From Octopus sinensis (lineage: Eukaryota): a DNA stretch of 64,000 bases. Under the pieces are notes generated by a model. That model saw only the letters and a program-made list of their open reading frames with translations. It made no database searches and had not been told where the DNA came from. The position numbers and the translations under genes are program-made. The stretch spans positions 20,708,001-20,772,000 of the forward strand of contig NC_043023.1 of the NCBI RefSeq assembly GCF_006345805.1, written 5' to 3'. This document shows positions 23,523 to 37,213 of the stretch, one piece after another. Numbering within the stretch: the stretch's first letter is position 1; every line of letters begins with the position of its first letter.

Positions 23523-24764
23523 ATCAGGTTGAGTAAAAAGTAACGTTTTGAACCATGAAGAATTTCTACAGGATTTTTGCAGGGTTTTTAGATTTTTTTC
23601 TTTCAACCTGTTTTTTTGCAATTGTCTAATAATACAGACAAAGACTTGCCCAAATGCATCAATAAATTAACATTGATATTTTTTTCACCGCGCTGTTACA
23701 ATAATTTGAAATGGAACTGTCAAAAGTGTGATATTCGACCAGTTTTGCTATTCAAATTCAAAAAGGGACGTAAAACAGCTGAAAAACACTGAACTGCTAC
23801 TGATATCAGCGAACTGTTTGGTGAGGAAATGACCACCAGTGAGTGGTCAGCTCGAAAATTTTAAATGATTTTTGCTGTGGAGACCTGAGAGTAGTGGACA
23901 CCCATCTGTCATCGATGACCGTCAGTTTAAAGACCGTTTATGGAGAAAGATCCACCCACCCAAGAACTGGCAAAAGAACTTCAAGTTATCCAGAAAACTT
24001 CCTGCAACCATTTGCATGCAATCGGAAAATTAAAAAGCTCGACAGATGGGTACCACACGATTTGAATGAAAATCAGAAAATGTGCAGATATGAAATTTGT
24101 GGTGAAAAGTGTACAATAATAAAAAGCATTCTTCACAGTGGTTGGACCAAAATGAAGCACCAAAAAACCTTCCTAAACCCGAGTTCTTTAAAAAGAAGGT
24201 TATGGGGTTGTGTATTGCTGGACTCATCCACTATAAACTTCTGACTATAACTTCTGAAAACCAGTACAACCATTACTGCAGAAATATATTGCCATGAAAT
24301 TTAACAAATTGAACGAAAAACTACTACTCCTCCATCACAGACTGGTCAAACTCCTCCATCCAGACTGGTCAACCAGAATAGGCCCAATCATACTTGATGA
24401 CAATGTTCGACCACACGTTTCACTAATGGCACTCCAGAAGTTGAGGGATCCTGGCTACTAAGTTCTTCCCCAGACCTTTCTCCTACTGACTACCACTATT
24501 TCAAGCACCTTGATTTTTCCTGCGAGAGAAGGAGTTCAAAAATCAAACTGATGCTGAAAGTGCATTCAAAGAGTTTCATCAGCTCAAGAACTCCAGCTTT
24601 TTATGTTATCAGAAGGAAACAAACTTAGAACTCGTTGGCAAAAATCTCTTGATGTATAATGGTAATTACTTTGATGAATGAAATCTTCCTCATTGTTCAA
24701 ATATATGGGATGGATTTCATGTTTCAAAATGCTGCTTGCTTACTTTTTTTTACTCAGCCTGATA
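23523..24764 (+). mobile_element. degenerate mariner (Tc1/mariner) transposon
   Basis: WVPHDL and DNVRPHV remnants with many stops and frameshifts; imperfect TIRs atcagg(t/c)tgagtaaaaa at both ends; about 1.24 kb. Confidence 0.85.
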
Positions 24765-25255
24765 CAATTTTAGCATCATTATGAGGTCCCCAGCCCCTTA
24801 TCCCTTTAGGGTACACTTCCTCAATCAGTGTGTTTTGGTGGGCCTTGCTCTTGGAATGAATTTCTGTAGACAGAATGTGGTGCGTGTATTCCCCTGTATA
24901 GTATTTATGGTAAGTGATCCCTCTACCTGTTGGTTAACCCCGCTGATTCCTCAGGTTCTTTAGACACCCCCATCACCAGTTACGGCAGCTGGTAATTTCC
25001 TGTTACTTCATATGTTGCAATTTCTTCAGCGTCTGTCATGTAAGGAGGGTTTTTTGCAATTGAAAGGAACATGTTGTAAATTAAAAAAAAAAAACGATCC
25101 CCTGCTCAACTAAGGGCCTTCATGTCTGTATTTCTGACTGTATAAAGGGTCTTCTGTTTCCCACTGCTGCCACCCTTCCATCCACCATTCTCTTGAACCC
25201 TAAAATTCCTACAACCCTTCCCTCTCTCTCTACTTATATTTGTATCCCATTGCAG

Positions 25256-25385
25256 GTGTTGTCCCCTAGGACAGACATTGGTGTGTATAACAACAAACAA
25301 GGCAAAGCGGAAGAAACTCAAGGATGGGGAACGGGAAGGGAACGGAAGGAGAGGAGCAGGAGAACAGAGAGATCCAGCGAGTATT
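25256..25385 (+). CDS. KDM5: KDM5 exon j (contains apparent +1 frameshift)
   Basis: ttgcag/GTGAGT; begins VLSPRTDIGVY (KDM5 motif) and ends in another frame with KRKKLKD...RDPASI; 130 nt although both neighbouring junctions are phase 0. Confidence 0.85.
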
Positions 25386-25420
25386 GTGAGTAGGAACATT
25401 ATTATTATTATTGTTATTAT

Positions 25421-26130
25421 TGCTGGCAGAACAGTTAGCATGCCGAGCAAAATGATTGGCAGTATTTTGTCTGTCTTCAAGTTCTGAGTTCAAATTCCAC
25501 CGACGTCGACTTTGGCTTTCATCTTTTCGGGGTCAATAAATTAATTACCAGTGAAACACTGGGGTCATTGTAATTGACTAGTCTCCTCCCCTGAAATTTC
25601 AGGCCTTGTGCCTTTAGAAGAAAGGATTATTATTACTATTACTATTGTTATTATTATTGTTATTATTATTATTGTTGTTATTATTATTATTAAGGCAGTG
25701 AGCTGGCAGAATCGTTAGAGTGCACTGAATGAAATGCCTAGTGGTATTTCACCCGTCCCTACTTCCTGAGCTCAAATTCTGCCAAGGTTGACTTTACCTT
25801 TCATCTTTTCGGAGTCGATAACATTAATACCAGTTGAGCTGAGTAGGGGGGAGTCAGTGTAATCAGCTAATCCCTGCCCCCACCCAATCTCAGGCCTTGT
25901 GCCTATAGTAGAAAGGATTACTACCATGGCAGAGAACTGGCACGTTTGTTAGCACGCTGGGCCAAATGCTTCTTGGTATTTTGTCCGTCTGCATGGTCTG
26001 TGGTTGACTTTACCTTTCGTTCTTTTGGGGGTCAATAAATTAAGCACCAGTGAAACACTGGGAAGGGATCGATGTGATTGATTTCCCCACTCCCTCCAAA
26101 TGGCAGGTCTTGTGCCTTTAGTGGAAATGA
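25421..26130 (+). mobile_element. cluster of three degenerate family A SINEs
   Basis: three gctggcagaa-type heads with gactttgcctttcatc-like bodies; boundaries approximate. Confidence 0.65.
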
Positions 26131-26132
26131 TT

Positions 26133-26166
<34 letters not shown>

Positions 26167-26181
26167 TAATAATAATAATAA

Positions 26182-27503
26182 TAAAACACTTTAGCTGTCC
26201 CAGTTATAAGTTACAGCTACAATATCCTTAACTGGACACGAAATGAACTGACCAAAATAGACAGGAAAACAAGAAAAAATAATGACAGGATCTAGGATGC
26301 ATCACCCAAAATCTGACATAGAAAGACTATATATACACGTATAGAAGGTGGTAGAGGCCTTATACAGCTGGAAAGCTACTATAAAATAACCACCATAGGA
26401 CTGCAAAAATATCTACTTCAGAAGGAAGGAAAACTGATCCAGATAGCGGCAAAACACGAGCAAAACAAAAAACTGTTCTCAGTATTTAAGGAAGCTGACA
26501 AATACAAACAAGAAATCATACCATCTAATAAACATGAAGAAGAAGAAGAAGAAGAAGATAAAGAAACAACAAAAGCTATAAAAAAAATGAAATCCAAACT
26601 AAAATTAGAACAGCAACGAACCATGATAAAACGATGGCAAGAAAAGCCCCTTCATGGTAAATACTGGACTAAACTAAACGCAAAAGAAATAGACAAAGAA
26701 AAATCCCAGCAATGGTTGAGAAGCTCAGGACTCAAAGCAGAAACAGAGGGATTTTTAATTGCAGCACAAGACCAAAGCCTCCCCACCAGAAATTACCAAA
26801 AACATGTAATGAAAAGAAATATTACGAGTAACTGCAGAATATGTGGAGATGGACAAGAAACAATAAATCATATTATCTCTAGCTGCCCAGTCCTGGCTAA
26901 GAAGGAATATATTCACAGACATGACAGAGTTGGAACTTACATACATTGGAAGCTATGCCAACATTATGGAATAACAACAGAAAAAAGATGGTATAGGCAC
27001 ACACCAGAAAAGGTAACAGAAAACGAGAAAGCAACCATACTCTGGGATATGCCGATACACACAGATAGAGAAATTAAGGCCAACAGACCAGATATAGTTG
27101 TCAGAGACCATGAAGAAAAAAAATGCTTTCTAATTGATGTATCAGTACCGGCAGATGACAACGTGTCTCTAAAAGAAATGGAGAAACTCTCAAAATACAA
27201 AGACCTGGAAATAGAGTAACTAGAATGTGGAATCTGAAAACAGAAACAATTCCTATCATAGTAGGTGCATTAGGCATGATAAAAAAATATTCAGACAAAT
27301 ACATAACAAAAACACCAGGACTTACAAACACATATAACATACAGAAAATTGCACTACTAGGCACTGCACACATCCTACGCAGAACACTTTCCATACAATA
27401 ACCATCAGAGCATCACAACAAATCACAGCACATACTCAAGGCACACAGAGCTGCGCTCGGTAGTGAAGTGAAAGCACGCTATAAAAATAAAATAAAACTA
27501 CTG
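26182..27503 (+). mobile_element. R4/Dong-clade non-LTR retrotransposon, 5'-truncated
   Basis: HHPKSDIERLY, CCHC knuckle CRICGDGQETINHIISSC, RLE endonuclease RPDIVVRD...ID...KY.DL; flanked by (TAA)n; several single-base indels in homopolymers. Confidence 0.88.
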
Positions 27504-28288
<785 letters not shown>

Positions 28289-31200
28289 TATCAAGCACGC
28301 AACGGAAAATGACATAAATATAAGACACAAAGGAAATGAAGAATCAGATGAACAGTATAGCCCGCCACGAGGCTTAATTGAAACACTGCCATCTGACCAA
28401 AGTACGCAAAGCCTGAAGATACAAGAAATTCTATTGTACCTGTTAAAGATAGCCAGGAAAACGAAAAAACAACAGTAACTGAAGATCTCGTATTTGCTGA
28501 AGAACACAGAGAGTCTATGGCAGAAATGAGGCAGAAAATCCTGAATACGCTTGAAGTTGTAAGACATACAAGTATGAATGATAGAGAACCGCTTCATAAA
28601 CTCTCAAATACAAACCAAAATAAAAAAACAAATCCAAATTGGCAACTATGTAACAAATGAAATAATACGAGAATTAAAACCTGATTTTACTGAGTTAAAT
28701 GAAATTATTTACGCTTCTGCTAGGGCAATTGAAACCAGCTGTATGCCCCCGAAAAAACAAAGAAAACAAAACCTGGGAAGAAATCAAACCTGGAGAAGTA
28801 AAATTGAAAAAGAGATTGAATTTATGAGAGGGGAAATATCAATATTAAATGAACTAATATGTGGAAATGATGTAAGATCCAGAACAGGAAGAAATATGAA
28901 GAGAAAATTTGGATCCTCACCAAGAGAAGAACTGATATCAATAAAAGAAACGCTGAAGCAAAAAGTCCAAGCAAAAGCCCAAAGAATACGAAGATTTGAG
29001 AAGAGAAACAAGTTTTACAAGCAAAATAAGCTGTTCACATCCAATGCCAAAAAATTCTACAGAGAAATAGGGAAGGAGAAAGTAACCGTTAAAGACCCCC
29101 CTCCCATGGAAGAAGTTCAAAACTTTTGGAAAAGGATTTGGAGTGACAAGAAGACGTACAACATAAATGCAGACTGGATTATACAAACTGAAGGATCCTA
29201 CCAAAATTTACAACAAGCATGGGAAGACATCACAATAGCAGACCTAAGAAAGGCACTCACGAAGGCCCATAATTGGAAATCCCCCGGTAAAGATAGGGTG
29301 CCGAATTTCTGGCTCGCATCGCTCCCGTGCACACACGGTAAGCTAGTTCAGCTGCTCAATGGAATTATGAGAGACTCAAAGAAAACACCTGAATGGTTAG
29401 CAAGTGGCATTACTTACCTACTCCCAAAGAATAACGAAACCAACCTTCCAAAAAACTATCGGCCTATAACCTGTCTATCCACCACGTATAAAATCCTAAC
29501 ATCTATCCTGGCGGAGAAAACATATGCATTCATGGAGAAGAACGATATTTTCCCCATTGAACAAAAAGGGTGCCGCCGAGGCTCTTACGGATGCAAAGAT
29601 CAACTGCTAATCAATCGTATGATCCTTGAGAATTGTCACAACAAGCGCAGAAATCTCAGCACCGCATGGATTGACTATAAAAAGGCCTTCGACAGTATAC
29701 CGCATCCATGGATCTTGAGATCGCTGGACATCTTCAAAATTTCCCCTGTGATTTCAAACTTCCTGAAGCACAATATGTCGTTGTGGAATACGAATCTCCA
29801 ATTATACCACTCTAATGGAGTACTTGCCTCAGAAAATATAAACATCAACTGTGGAATTTTTCAAGGTGACTCACTTTCACCTTTAATATTCTGCATAGCC
29901 CTAATACCCCTTACAAGTGAATTAAACAGAACAGGGTATGGGTATAAAATTGCCAATAAAAAATAAGCCATCTATTTTATATGGATGACTTAAAACTTTA
30001 TGGTAAAGACAATAATGAACTTGAAGGCCTATTGCGCACCGTGAAAGCATTCAGCGATGACATCGGGATGGAGTTTGGACTTGAGAAGTGTGCCAAGGCC
30101 ACTTTCCAGAAAGGGAAAGTGAAGACCACAAATTCAGTCGTGTTAGATGTTGACACAGTCATAAGAGAGCTTGAGCAAGAACAAACATACAAATATTTAG
30201 GGATAAATGAAGGCTCTGGTATTCAGCATGCAAGCATGAAAGAGAAAATCAGGAAGGAATGTTATAGGAGAGTTCGTGCAGTCCTGAAATCTGAACTAAA
30301 TGCACGTAACAAGGTGTTAGCTATAAATTCCTTAGCAGTTCCAGTTGTTACTTATAGCTACAATGTGTTGAACTGGAATATGAGTGAAGTAAAGAATATA
30401 GATAGAAAAATACGCAAGCTGCTGAGTTGTAATAGGATGCACCACCCAAAGGCAGACGTAGATCGCCTTTACCTTCCCAGAGCCCAAGGAGGTCGAGGCC
30501 TGATCCAATTTGAACTAGCTTACAAAACAACCACAATTGGACTGGCCAAATATCTCGAAATATCGAATGACTGGATGCTAAAGCTCGTGGAAAATCATGA
30601 GAGACGAAAGAAGCTTCATTCTATCATCAAGGAAAGCAAAAAATTTGCTATTGATCTCGTGCAGGATACCCAAACTGAACAACCCGAGGGAAGTACGGCA
30701 ACTATTGTTGCAAAGAAGGTGAGAATGATGGCAATGAAAAAAGCGCACGAGCAATTGGCTGATAGGTGGGAGGAGAAACCTCTGCATGGCAAATATGTGA
30801 CCCACAGCAAACAAGCTGATGTTGACCAGAAGCAAACCCATCAGTGGCTGCGGAGCTCAGGGCTAAAAGCAGAGAGCAAAGGTTTCATCCTGGCTGCTCA
30901 AGACCAAAGCCTATTAACCCGGAACTACCAGGCCAATGTGATGAAAAATGGAGCAGACCCAAAATGCCGATTCTGCAACGACATGATTGAAACAGTGGAC
31001 CACCTAATCTCTGGATGTAAAGTCTTAGCACCAGTGGAGTATAAATTAAGACATGACAAAGTTGGCCAATATCTTCACTGGCTAATAAGTCGGCATTACA
31101 ATATCAAAACTGCCGACAAGTGGTATAATCACCACCCTGAGGCTGTAACTGAAGGAGAAAATGTAACCATTCTGTGGGACTTTCCAGTACATACAGACCG

Positions 31201-31707
31201 AACCATCAAGGCCAATAAACCAGATATTGTTGTGAAAGACCAAAACAATAAAGTTTGCTTATTGATCGACATGAGCATCCCCTGTGATCATAATATCTCA
31301 GTGAAAGAGTTTGACAAGCTCAGAAAGTATAAAGACCTACTCATTGAAATTGAGAAAATGTGGCATCTCAAGGCGGTTACAATACCAGTGATCGTAGGAG
31401 CACTAGGAATGATCAAGAAGGGAACCGAAAATTATATGAGAATGATCCCTGGCTTACCATCCCTGCAAGAAGTGCAAAAGATTGTCTTAACTGGTACATC
31501 ACACGTATTGAGAAGAGCATTGTCGATGTGAGAACTGTTGCTGCTCATGTATTTTAATTTAACTTTAAAAAAAAAAAAAAAAAATATGAACGAACTACTG
31601 AGTTTGGTTTAATGGCCTACCAATATACACTATGAGTTTCTTTGCCCTAGGAGTCGGGAAGACACTCGGCAAGAAATGGAAGAAAATTTGAAAGAAGAAA
31701 AAAAAAA

Positions 31708-31708
<1 letters not shown>
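28289..31708 (+). mobile_element. R4/Dong-clade non-LTR retrotransposon, near-complete RT + CCHC + RLE
   Basis: ORFs 28578-29966 and 29981-31531 join across an A-run into RT (YRPITCL, WIDYKKAFDS, QGDSLSP, YMDD), CRFCNDMIETVDHLISGC and KPDIVVKD; flanked by (TAA)n. Confidence 0.92.
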
Positions 31709-31768
<60 letters not shown>

Positions 31769-31791
31769 TGATGATGATGATGATGATGATG

Positions 31792-31836
<45 letters not shown>

Positions 31837-31857
31837 GTAATAATAATAATAATAATA

Positions 31858-31888
<31 letters not shown>

Positions 31889-31890
31889 CA

Positions 31891-32700
31891 GGTGGTAAGC
31901 TGGCGGAATTGTTAGTATGCTTGATGAAATGCTGAGTTCAAATCCTGCCAAGATCAACTTTGCCTTTCATCTTTTCGGGGTTGATAAATTAAGTATCAGT
32001 TGAACACTGGGGTCGATTTAATCGACTTAATACCTATGTCTGTCCTTGTTTGTCCTCTCTGTGTTTAGCCCCTCGTGGGTAGTAAAGAAATAGGTATTTC
32101 GTCTGCCGTTACGTTCTGAGTTCAAATTCCGTTGAGGTCGACTTTGCCTTTCATCCTTTCGGGGTCAATAAATTAAGTACCAGTTACGCACTGGGGTCGA
32201 TTTAATCGACTTAATCCGTTTGTCTGTCCTTGTTTGTCCCTTCTGTGTTTAGCCCCTTGTGGGTAGTAAAGAAATATGTATTTCGTCTGCCGTTACGTTC
32301 TGAGTTCAAATTCTAATGAGGTCGACTTTGCCTTTCATCCTTTCGGGGTTGATTAAATTAAGTACCAGTTACGCACTGGGGTCGGTATAATCGACTTAAT
32401 CCGTTTGTCTGTCCTTGTTTGTCCCTTCTGTGTTTAGCCCCTTGTGGGTAGTAAAGAAATAAGTATTTCGTCTGTCTTAATGTTCTGTGTTCAAATTCCA
32501 CTGGGGTCAGTGTAATCAAGTAGTCCCCTCTTTTGTGCCTTCAGTAGAAAGGATTATTATTATTAATATTAGTATTTTGTATAATTATGGCATTGAGCTG
32601 TCAGAATTGTTAGCATGCCAGGCAAAACGCTTCACCGTATTTCATGTGTCTGTACATTGTGAGTTCAAATGGTGCCGAGGTCGACTTTGCATCTTTTCTA
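31891..32700 (+). mobile_element. SINE family A multimer
   Basis: head + repeated bodies; boundaries approximate. Confidence 0.75.
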
Positions 32701-32735
32701 ACCGCTGCCTTGTTCTACTTCACGTCCACCCCCAG

Positions 32736-32910
32736 GTTGCTGCCTTCAAGTTGGCTGAACAAAGAGAGATCGAGGCAATGAAGGAACTTCGCAGCATCAA
32801 TTTGGAGAAGATCCACAATTCGGACGGTGGAGACATCAAGTACTGCATGTGTCGTAAATCTGCGTCTGGGTTGATGTTGCAGTGTGAATTGTGCAAAGAC
32901 TCGTTCCACG
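32736..32910 (+). CDS. KDM5: KDM5 exon k (PHD2 N-part)
   Basis: ccccag/GTGAGT; [58 protein letters not shown]; phase 0/1. Confidence 0.95.
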
Positions 32911-33560
32911 GTGAGTTTGAAACCACAACCACCACATTTACTTTCACTACTACTTTATTATATAGCCATTCTTCGATGTAACTGTGCATTCTGCTAGAAA
33001 TAGCAACCATATCTCTAGGTTCACATTTCAAAGATGAGGCTCTGTTGTTTATTTATTTGTCTTAAAACAGCCAGCTGTAGTGGCTTTATTAAATGAACTG
33101 AAGCCCAGTATACCCATTCATGACCACCACCCCTCCTATGACAAGGGTACACCAGGCTCATGCATCGCAAGTGAGCAACATAGTGATCCGATATGAAGAT
33201 AAACAGCACATGGCCTTGTAGTTGGAGCCCCAGTTAGAATTTTCTTCAGTTTGAGTAGCCCATCCCACTGAAGAACTTCCTGAATAAGGGTTGTTTAAGG
33301 GTGTTGAACGAAACACTCGTGTGTTTCCAAAGGTGAATTAGTCACACCCCAAGGGATTCCTCTCAACACATGGCTATGATGTGCCCCCACTACTTCTGCT
33401 CGTGATCAGAGATGCACATATCGTCAGCCCCCAAGGGACATGCTCAACTGGTTAAGGTCAAACAACTGACAAGCAAATCTGTGGTATTGAGCAGAATATT
33501 TGCTGTAGCCCATCTTTTATACCAAGATAAAACAATATACATGATAACACTTCCAATCAA

Positions 33561-33781
33561 TTAACCCTTTCATTACTAACTCGGCTGAAACTGGCTCTGG
33601 CTCCATAATACAAATGTCTTGTTTTCATAAGTTCTGAATTAAAATCTTCCACCAAACCTTAGTCACAATTTATGTTCCTAACACCAGCTTAATGATAAAT
33701 TATTAAATTCTTGGTTATATTTAAAATTAATTGAAAGAAACACAGAACATCTCAACAGAAATATGGTAACAAAAGGGTTAA
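33561..33781. mobile_element. piggyBac-like MITE
   Basis: TTAA-ccctttc...aaaaggg-TTAA; related copies at 33859-34077 and, truncated, 50032-50237. Confidence 0.7.
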
Positions 33782-33858
33782 AGACAGTCAGTCAAATGTG
33801 CCTTCAATTTGCACAAGATTTGGCTGCTATTTCTAACAAGTGTAACAAAATCTGCAAA

Positions 33859-34077
33859 TTTACCCTTTTGATACCAACCTGGCTGAAACCTGTTCTGGCC
33901 CTGAGTACAAATGTCTTGTTTTCATAAGTTTTAATTAAAATCTTCCACCAAACCTTAGTCATCATTTATGTTCCTAACACCAGCTTAATTATAAATTATT
34001 AAATTCTTTGTTAAATTTAAAATTAATTGAAAGAAACACAGAACATCACAAAATAAATACAGTAACGAAAGGGTTAA
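33859..34077. mobile_element. piggyBac-like MITE (second copy)
   Basis: TTTA-cccttttg...gaaaggg-TTAA; body similar to 33561-33781. Confidence 0.68.
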
Positions 34078-34238
34078 GATCAGACGTGATGGGAGCGAGG
34101 GCTTTGTACTGCATCAGGGCATTTATTATTCTTCAGCGTTTGATAGTTTTGGGCAGATTGCAACCGCATCCCGTTCTCCACCTCTGTGTTGTTGTTGTTG
34201 TTGTTGTTATTTGTGTTTTTTTTGTTTGTTTGTTTCAG

Positions 34239-34997
34239 GATCTTGTGTTCCCCTACCAAAGGCGGCCAACATCAAGAGAGTGAACCAAGCTGTCCAAATG
34301 CAAACTGTGCGGGACCTCAAATTTCTCTGTCCGCTCTGCTTGAGTTCGAGACGTCCGAGACTGGAAACCATCCTCTCCCTGCTAGTCTCGCTTCAGAAGC
34401 TGCCTGTCCGGCTAGCCGAGGGCGAGGCTCTGCAGTGCCTCACCGAGCGAGCGATGGCATGGCAGGATAAGGCACGCAACTGCTTAGCCACGCCCGAGTT
34501 GGCTGCTGCCCTTGCCAAGCTTAGCCTTCTTAGCCAACGCATGGTGGAGCAGGCTGCCCGTGAGAAGACCGAGAAGATTATCAATGCAGAGCTGCTGAAG
34601 GCCGCAAACAATCCAGAACTGCAGAGCCACCTGGCCACTGTCACACAAAGCGCTTTCAGCGGCCTGCACCCTTCTCTTAGGGATCTCACTGCCTCCACCA
34701 CCACCACCACTACCACCAGCACCACCACCACCACATCCGCTGCCACCCCCTTCACATTGGACAACACTGACAGCAACCCCTCCGGCCAGCTCTCACCCGT
34801 CTCGCAGCAAAGTGTCGACGATGGATGCTGCACAACGCTGGACCCTGCTGCTGCAGCTGCTGGCGGTGGTGGTGCACAGCTTTCCCTATCTGATCACCAC
34901 CTCCTACGGCTCAATGGACATAACAACAACAACAATAACAGTAATAACCTCGGCATGACATCCGAACACACATACTCTTCAGTCTCCAAGACGTCTT
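34239..34997 (+). CDS. KDM5: KDM5 exon l (PHD2 C-part, conserved helical region, low-complexity linker)
   Basis: tttcag/GTGAGT; GSCVPLPK...[52 protein letters not shown]...[12 protein letters not shown]; phase 1/1. Confidence 0.95.
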
Positions 34998-35039
34998 GTG
35001 AGTATATTACTTCTGTCTGTCTGTCTGTCTTCTCTCTAG

Positions 35040-35690
35040 ATTCTGCAAGGCCCCAAGGTCACTGAGCTCTGGGCTTATGTCGAACACCTGCCGTTGTATT
35101 CCAGAAGAGTACAACTGTCGAGCGAATCTGTAATTAAGATCGTTCCACCAACCTCCCTGGATTGGGAGGAGTGAGCCTGCTTTCTCTCGGAAGCTGCGGT
35201 TGCTATCATCATCATCATCATCATTGTTCGACCGTGTACATCAGGGTAGGAGAGTGTGCGCCCTCTGGTATCGCGAGTAGATGACTTCCAGAGGAGAAGA
35301 GTAGAAATTACCTTGTTTTCAGCTCTACAACAATGTCCAGCAAACTGGACACTCCTACCTTTCACAAGAGATGATGCAGGTGGTAGTTTCCCATATATTT
35401 GCATTTTGGTTGGATGGCGCCTCCACGAGGGATTTTGAGCTCTCATAAGGAGGCGAGTGTAGGTTCCATCCGACCGCCTCTCAAGCTGTTGCTAAGGAGG
35501 TAGTATGGAAGACGAGGGTGAGAGGAATCGCAACAGGCATGTCCATCTCCAGTCTCGAGCTAATCGACTTTTTCCGTTTTCCACATGAAACGGAAAATAA
35601 GGCTGGAGAAGAAATGCCTGTGGCAAAGTGTGTTTCGTAAAAGATGGAAGTCTATAGCAAGTATGTTGCGAGTGAAAGAACATGTTTAAA
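35040..35690 (+). mobile_element. L1/Tx1-like LINE C-terminal remnant (interrupted)
   Basis: ELWAYVEHL...AVA | KEVVWKTR...LIDFFRF/HMKRKIRLEKKCL...FRKRW reads through the RTE insertion; family call from recalled motif resemblance. Confidence 0.5.
35207..35485 (-). mobile_element. RTE(-X)-type LINE 3' fragment nested in an L1/Tx1 remnant
   Basis: same family as 6585-7111; flanked by an imperfect aagctg..gttgcta duplication. Confidence 0.7.
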
Positions 35691-35931
35691 CGAGGATGTA
35701 AAAAAAGGAAGAGCAAGGTTTTCCGTGTGAGTCTGTGGTTTGTGGGGTCAACCGCGTCTTGTTAATCACTCATTAATCATTTAATTGGATATATTTTAAT
35801 TGTTTGTTTATTCATGTTTCGTCTCATTCGATACCCTGACCCCAACGTTTGTTTTGTCCCCTCTTTTTCTCAACCTTTTGGTGAATAAAGAAATTCTCTC
35901 TCACTCTCTCTCTCTCCCCCTCTCTCCTTCA

Positions 35932-35976
<45 letters not shown>

Positions 35977-36329
35977 CCTCTCTCTCTCTTTCACTCTCTC
36001 TCTCTCTCTCTCTCTCTCACTCACTCTCTCTCTCCCTCCCTCTCTCTCTCTCACTCTCTCTCCTCTCTCTCTTTCTCTCTCTCCCTCTCCCCCTCCTTCC
36101 CTATCTCCCCCCTCTCTCTCTCCCTCTCTCCCCCTTTCCCCCCTCTCTCTCCCTCTCTCACTCCCTCTCTCACTCTCACTCACTCTCTCACTCACTCTCT
36201 CTCCCTCTCTCTCTCTCTCGCTCCCTCTCCTTCCCTCTCTCACTCTCTCTCCCCTCTTTCATGCAAAATAATTTGAATGTTAAAAGGGGGGTTAATTAAT
36301 GCACGTTTCTTTCCCTGTCTTGCAAGCAG

Positions 36330-36544
36330 CTGTATCTCCGCGGAAACACCAGCGCAAGTCCCCTCTCATTCCCCGTCTACTGGAGTCGCCCATCCTCGAA
36401 CTGTCTGCCGCAGCACAGGTGCAGCTGGAGGAGTTGATGATGGACGGGGACCTTCTGGAGGTCTCACTGGACGAGACCCAGCACATCAGGCGCATCTTGG
36501 TCGCATGTCAGACAACAAACGAAGATAAATACATGGAATTCGAG
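36330..36544 (+). CDS. KDM5: KDM5 exon m
   Basis: AAG-CAG tandem acceptor (start 36327 or 36330) and GTACGT donor; [25 protein letters not shown]...[22 protein letters not shown]; phase 1/0. Confidence 0.93.
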
Positions 36545-36685
36545 GTACGTGCTCAACCTCCCCCCCCTCCCGTCCCCCCTCTCGTCCACCACCCCTCTCG
36601 TTCACCTCCGCTTCCCCTTCGTTTCTCTATGTTTTTAGCAATCAGTCCTCATCTAAGCAGATCTGTGATCAATGTGTATTCACAG

Positions 36686-37010
36686 TGTATCTAGGACTCC
36701 ATTATCTAATGTACAGTATAGGAGCTAGTATTAGTGGCTATAGCTGTTGTTTAGCCCCAGGTCAGTCTTGATCCAGACAGACCTATGATCAAAGACGTTC
36801 CATCTGTGACCATCCCATCTTTTATTCAGGCATGGTGTATCTAGGAGTACATTATCTAATGTACAGTATAGGAGCTAGTATTAGTGGCTATAGCTGTTGT
36901 TTAGCCCCAGGTCAGTCTTGATCCAGACAGACCTATGATCAAAGACGTTCCAGCTGTGACCATCCCATTTTCAGGCATAGTGTATCTAGGAGTACATTAT
37001 CTAATGTATC
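36686..37010 (+). repeat. about 149-bp tandem duplication (x about 2.2)
   Basis: gtgtatctagga recurs near 36686, 36835 and 36980. Confidence 0.8.
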
Positions 37011-37213
37011 CTTTTTATCACTGCAGGCTCCCTTTTTGTACGATGCCAGTATAGCTGTTATTGTACTCTAATTAGACTATTAATCCCTCTGTACTTCAAT
37101 ATGAGACTCCCTCCGTACTCTCTCTCCTCTAATACTTTATTAGACTGTTTATCTCCCTATACCTTGTAAACCCACCTCCTCCTCTTTTTGTCTGCCCCCT
37201 CCCTCAAACTCTG

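Noticed and set aside
25256-25393. Reading exon j wholly in the entry frame (…GKAEETQGWG…EYCE*)
   Set aside because: Loses similarity to KDM5 after GVY and leaves in phase 1, incompatible with the phase-0 next exon
33265-33330. CTGAAGA...CGAAAC hammerhead-like spacing
   Set aside because: No stem I or stem II closure, and the would-be cleavage triplet is GTG; it lies in an unrelated interspersed repeat
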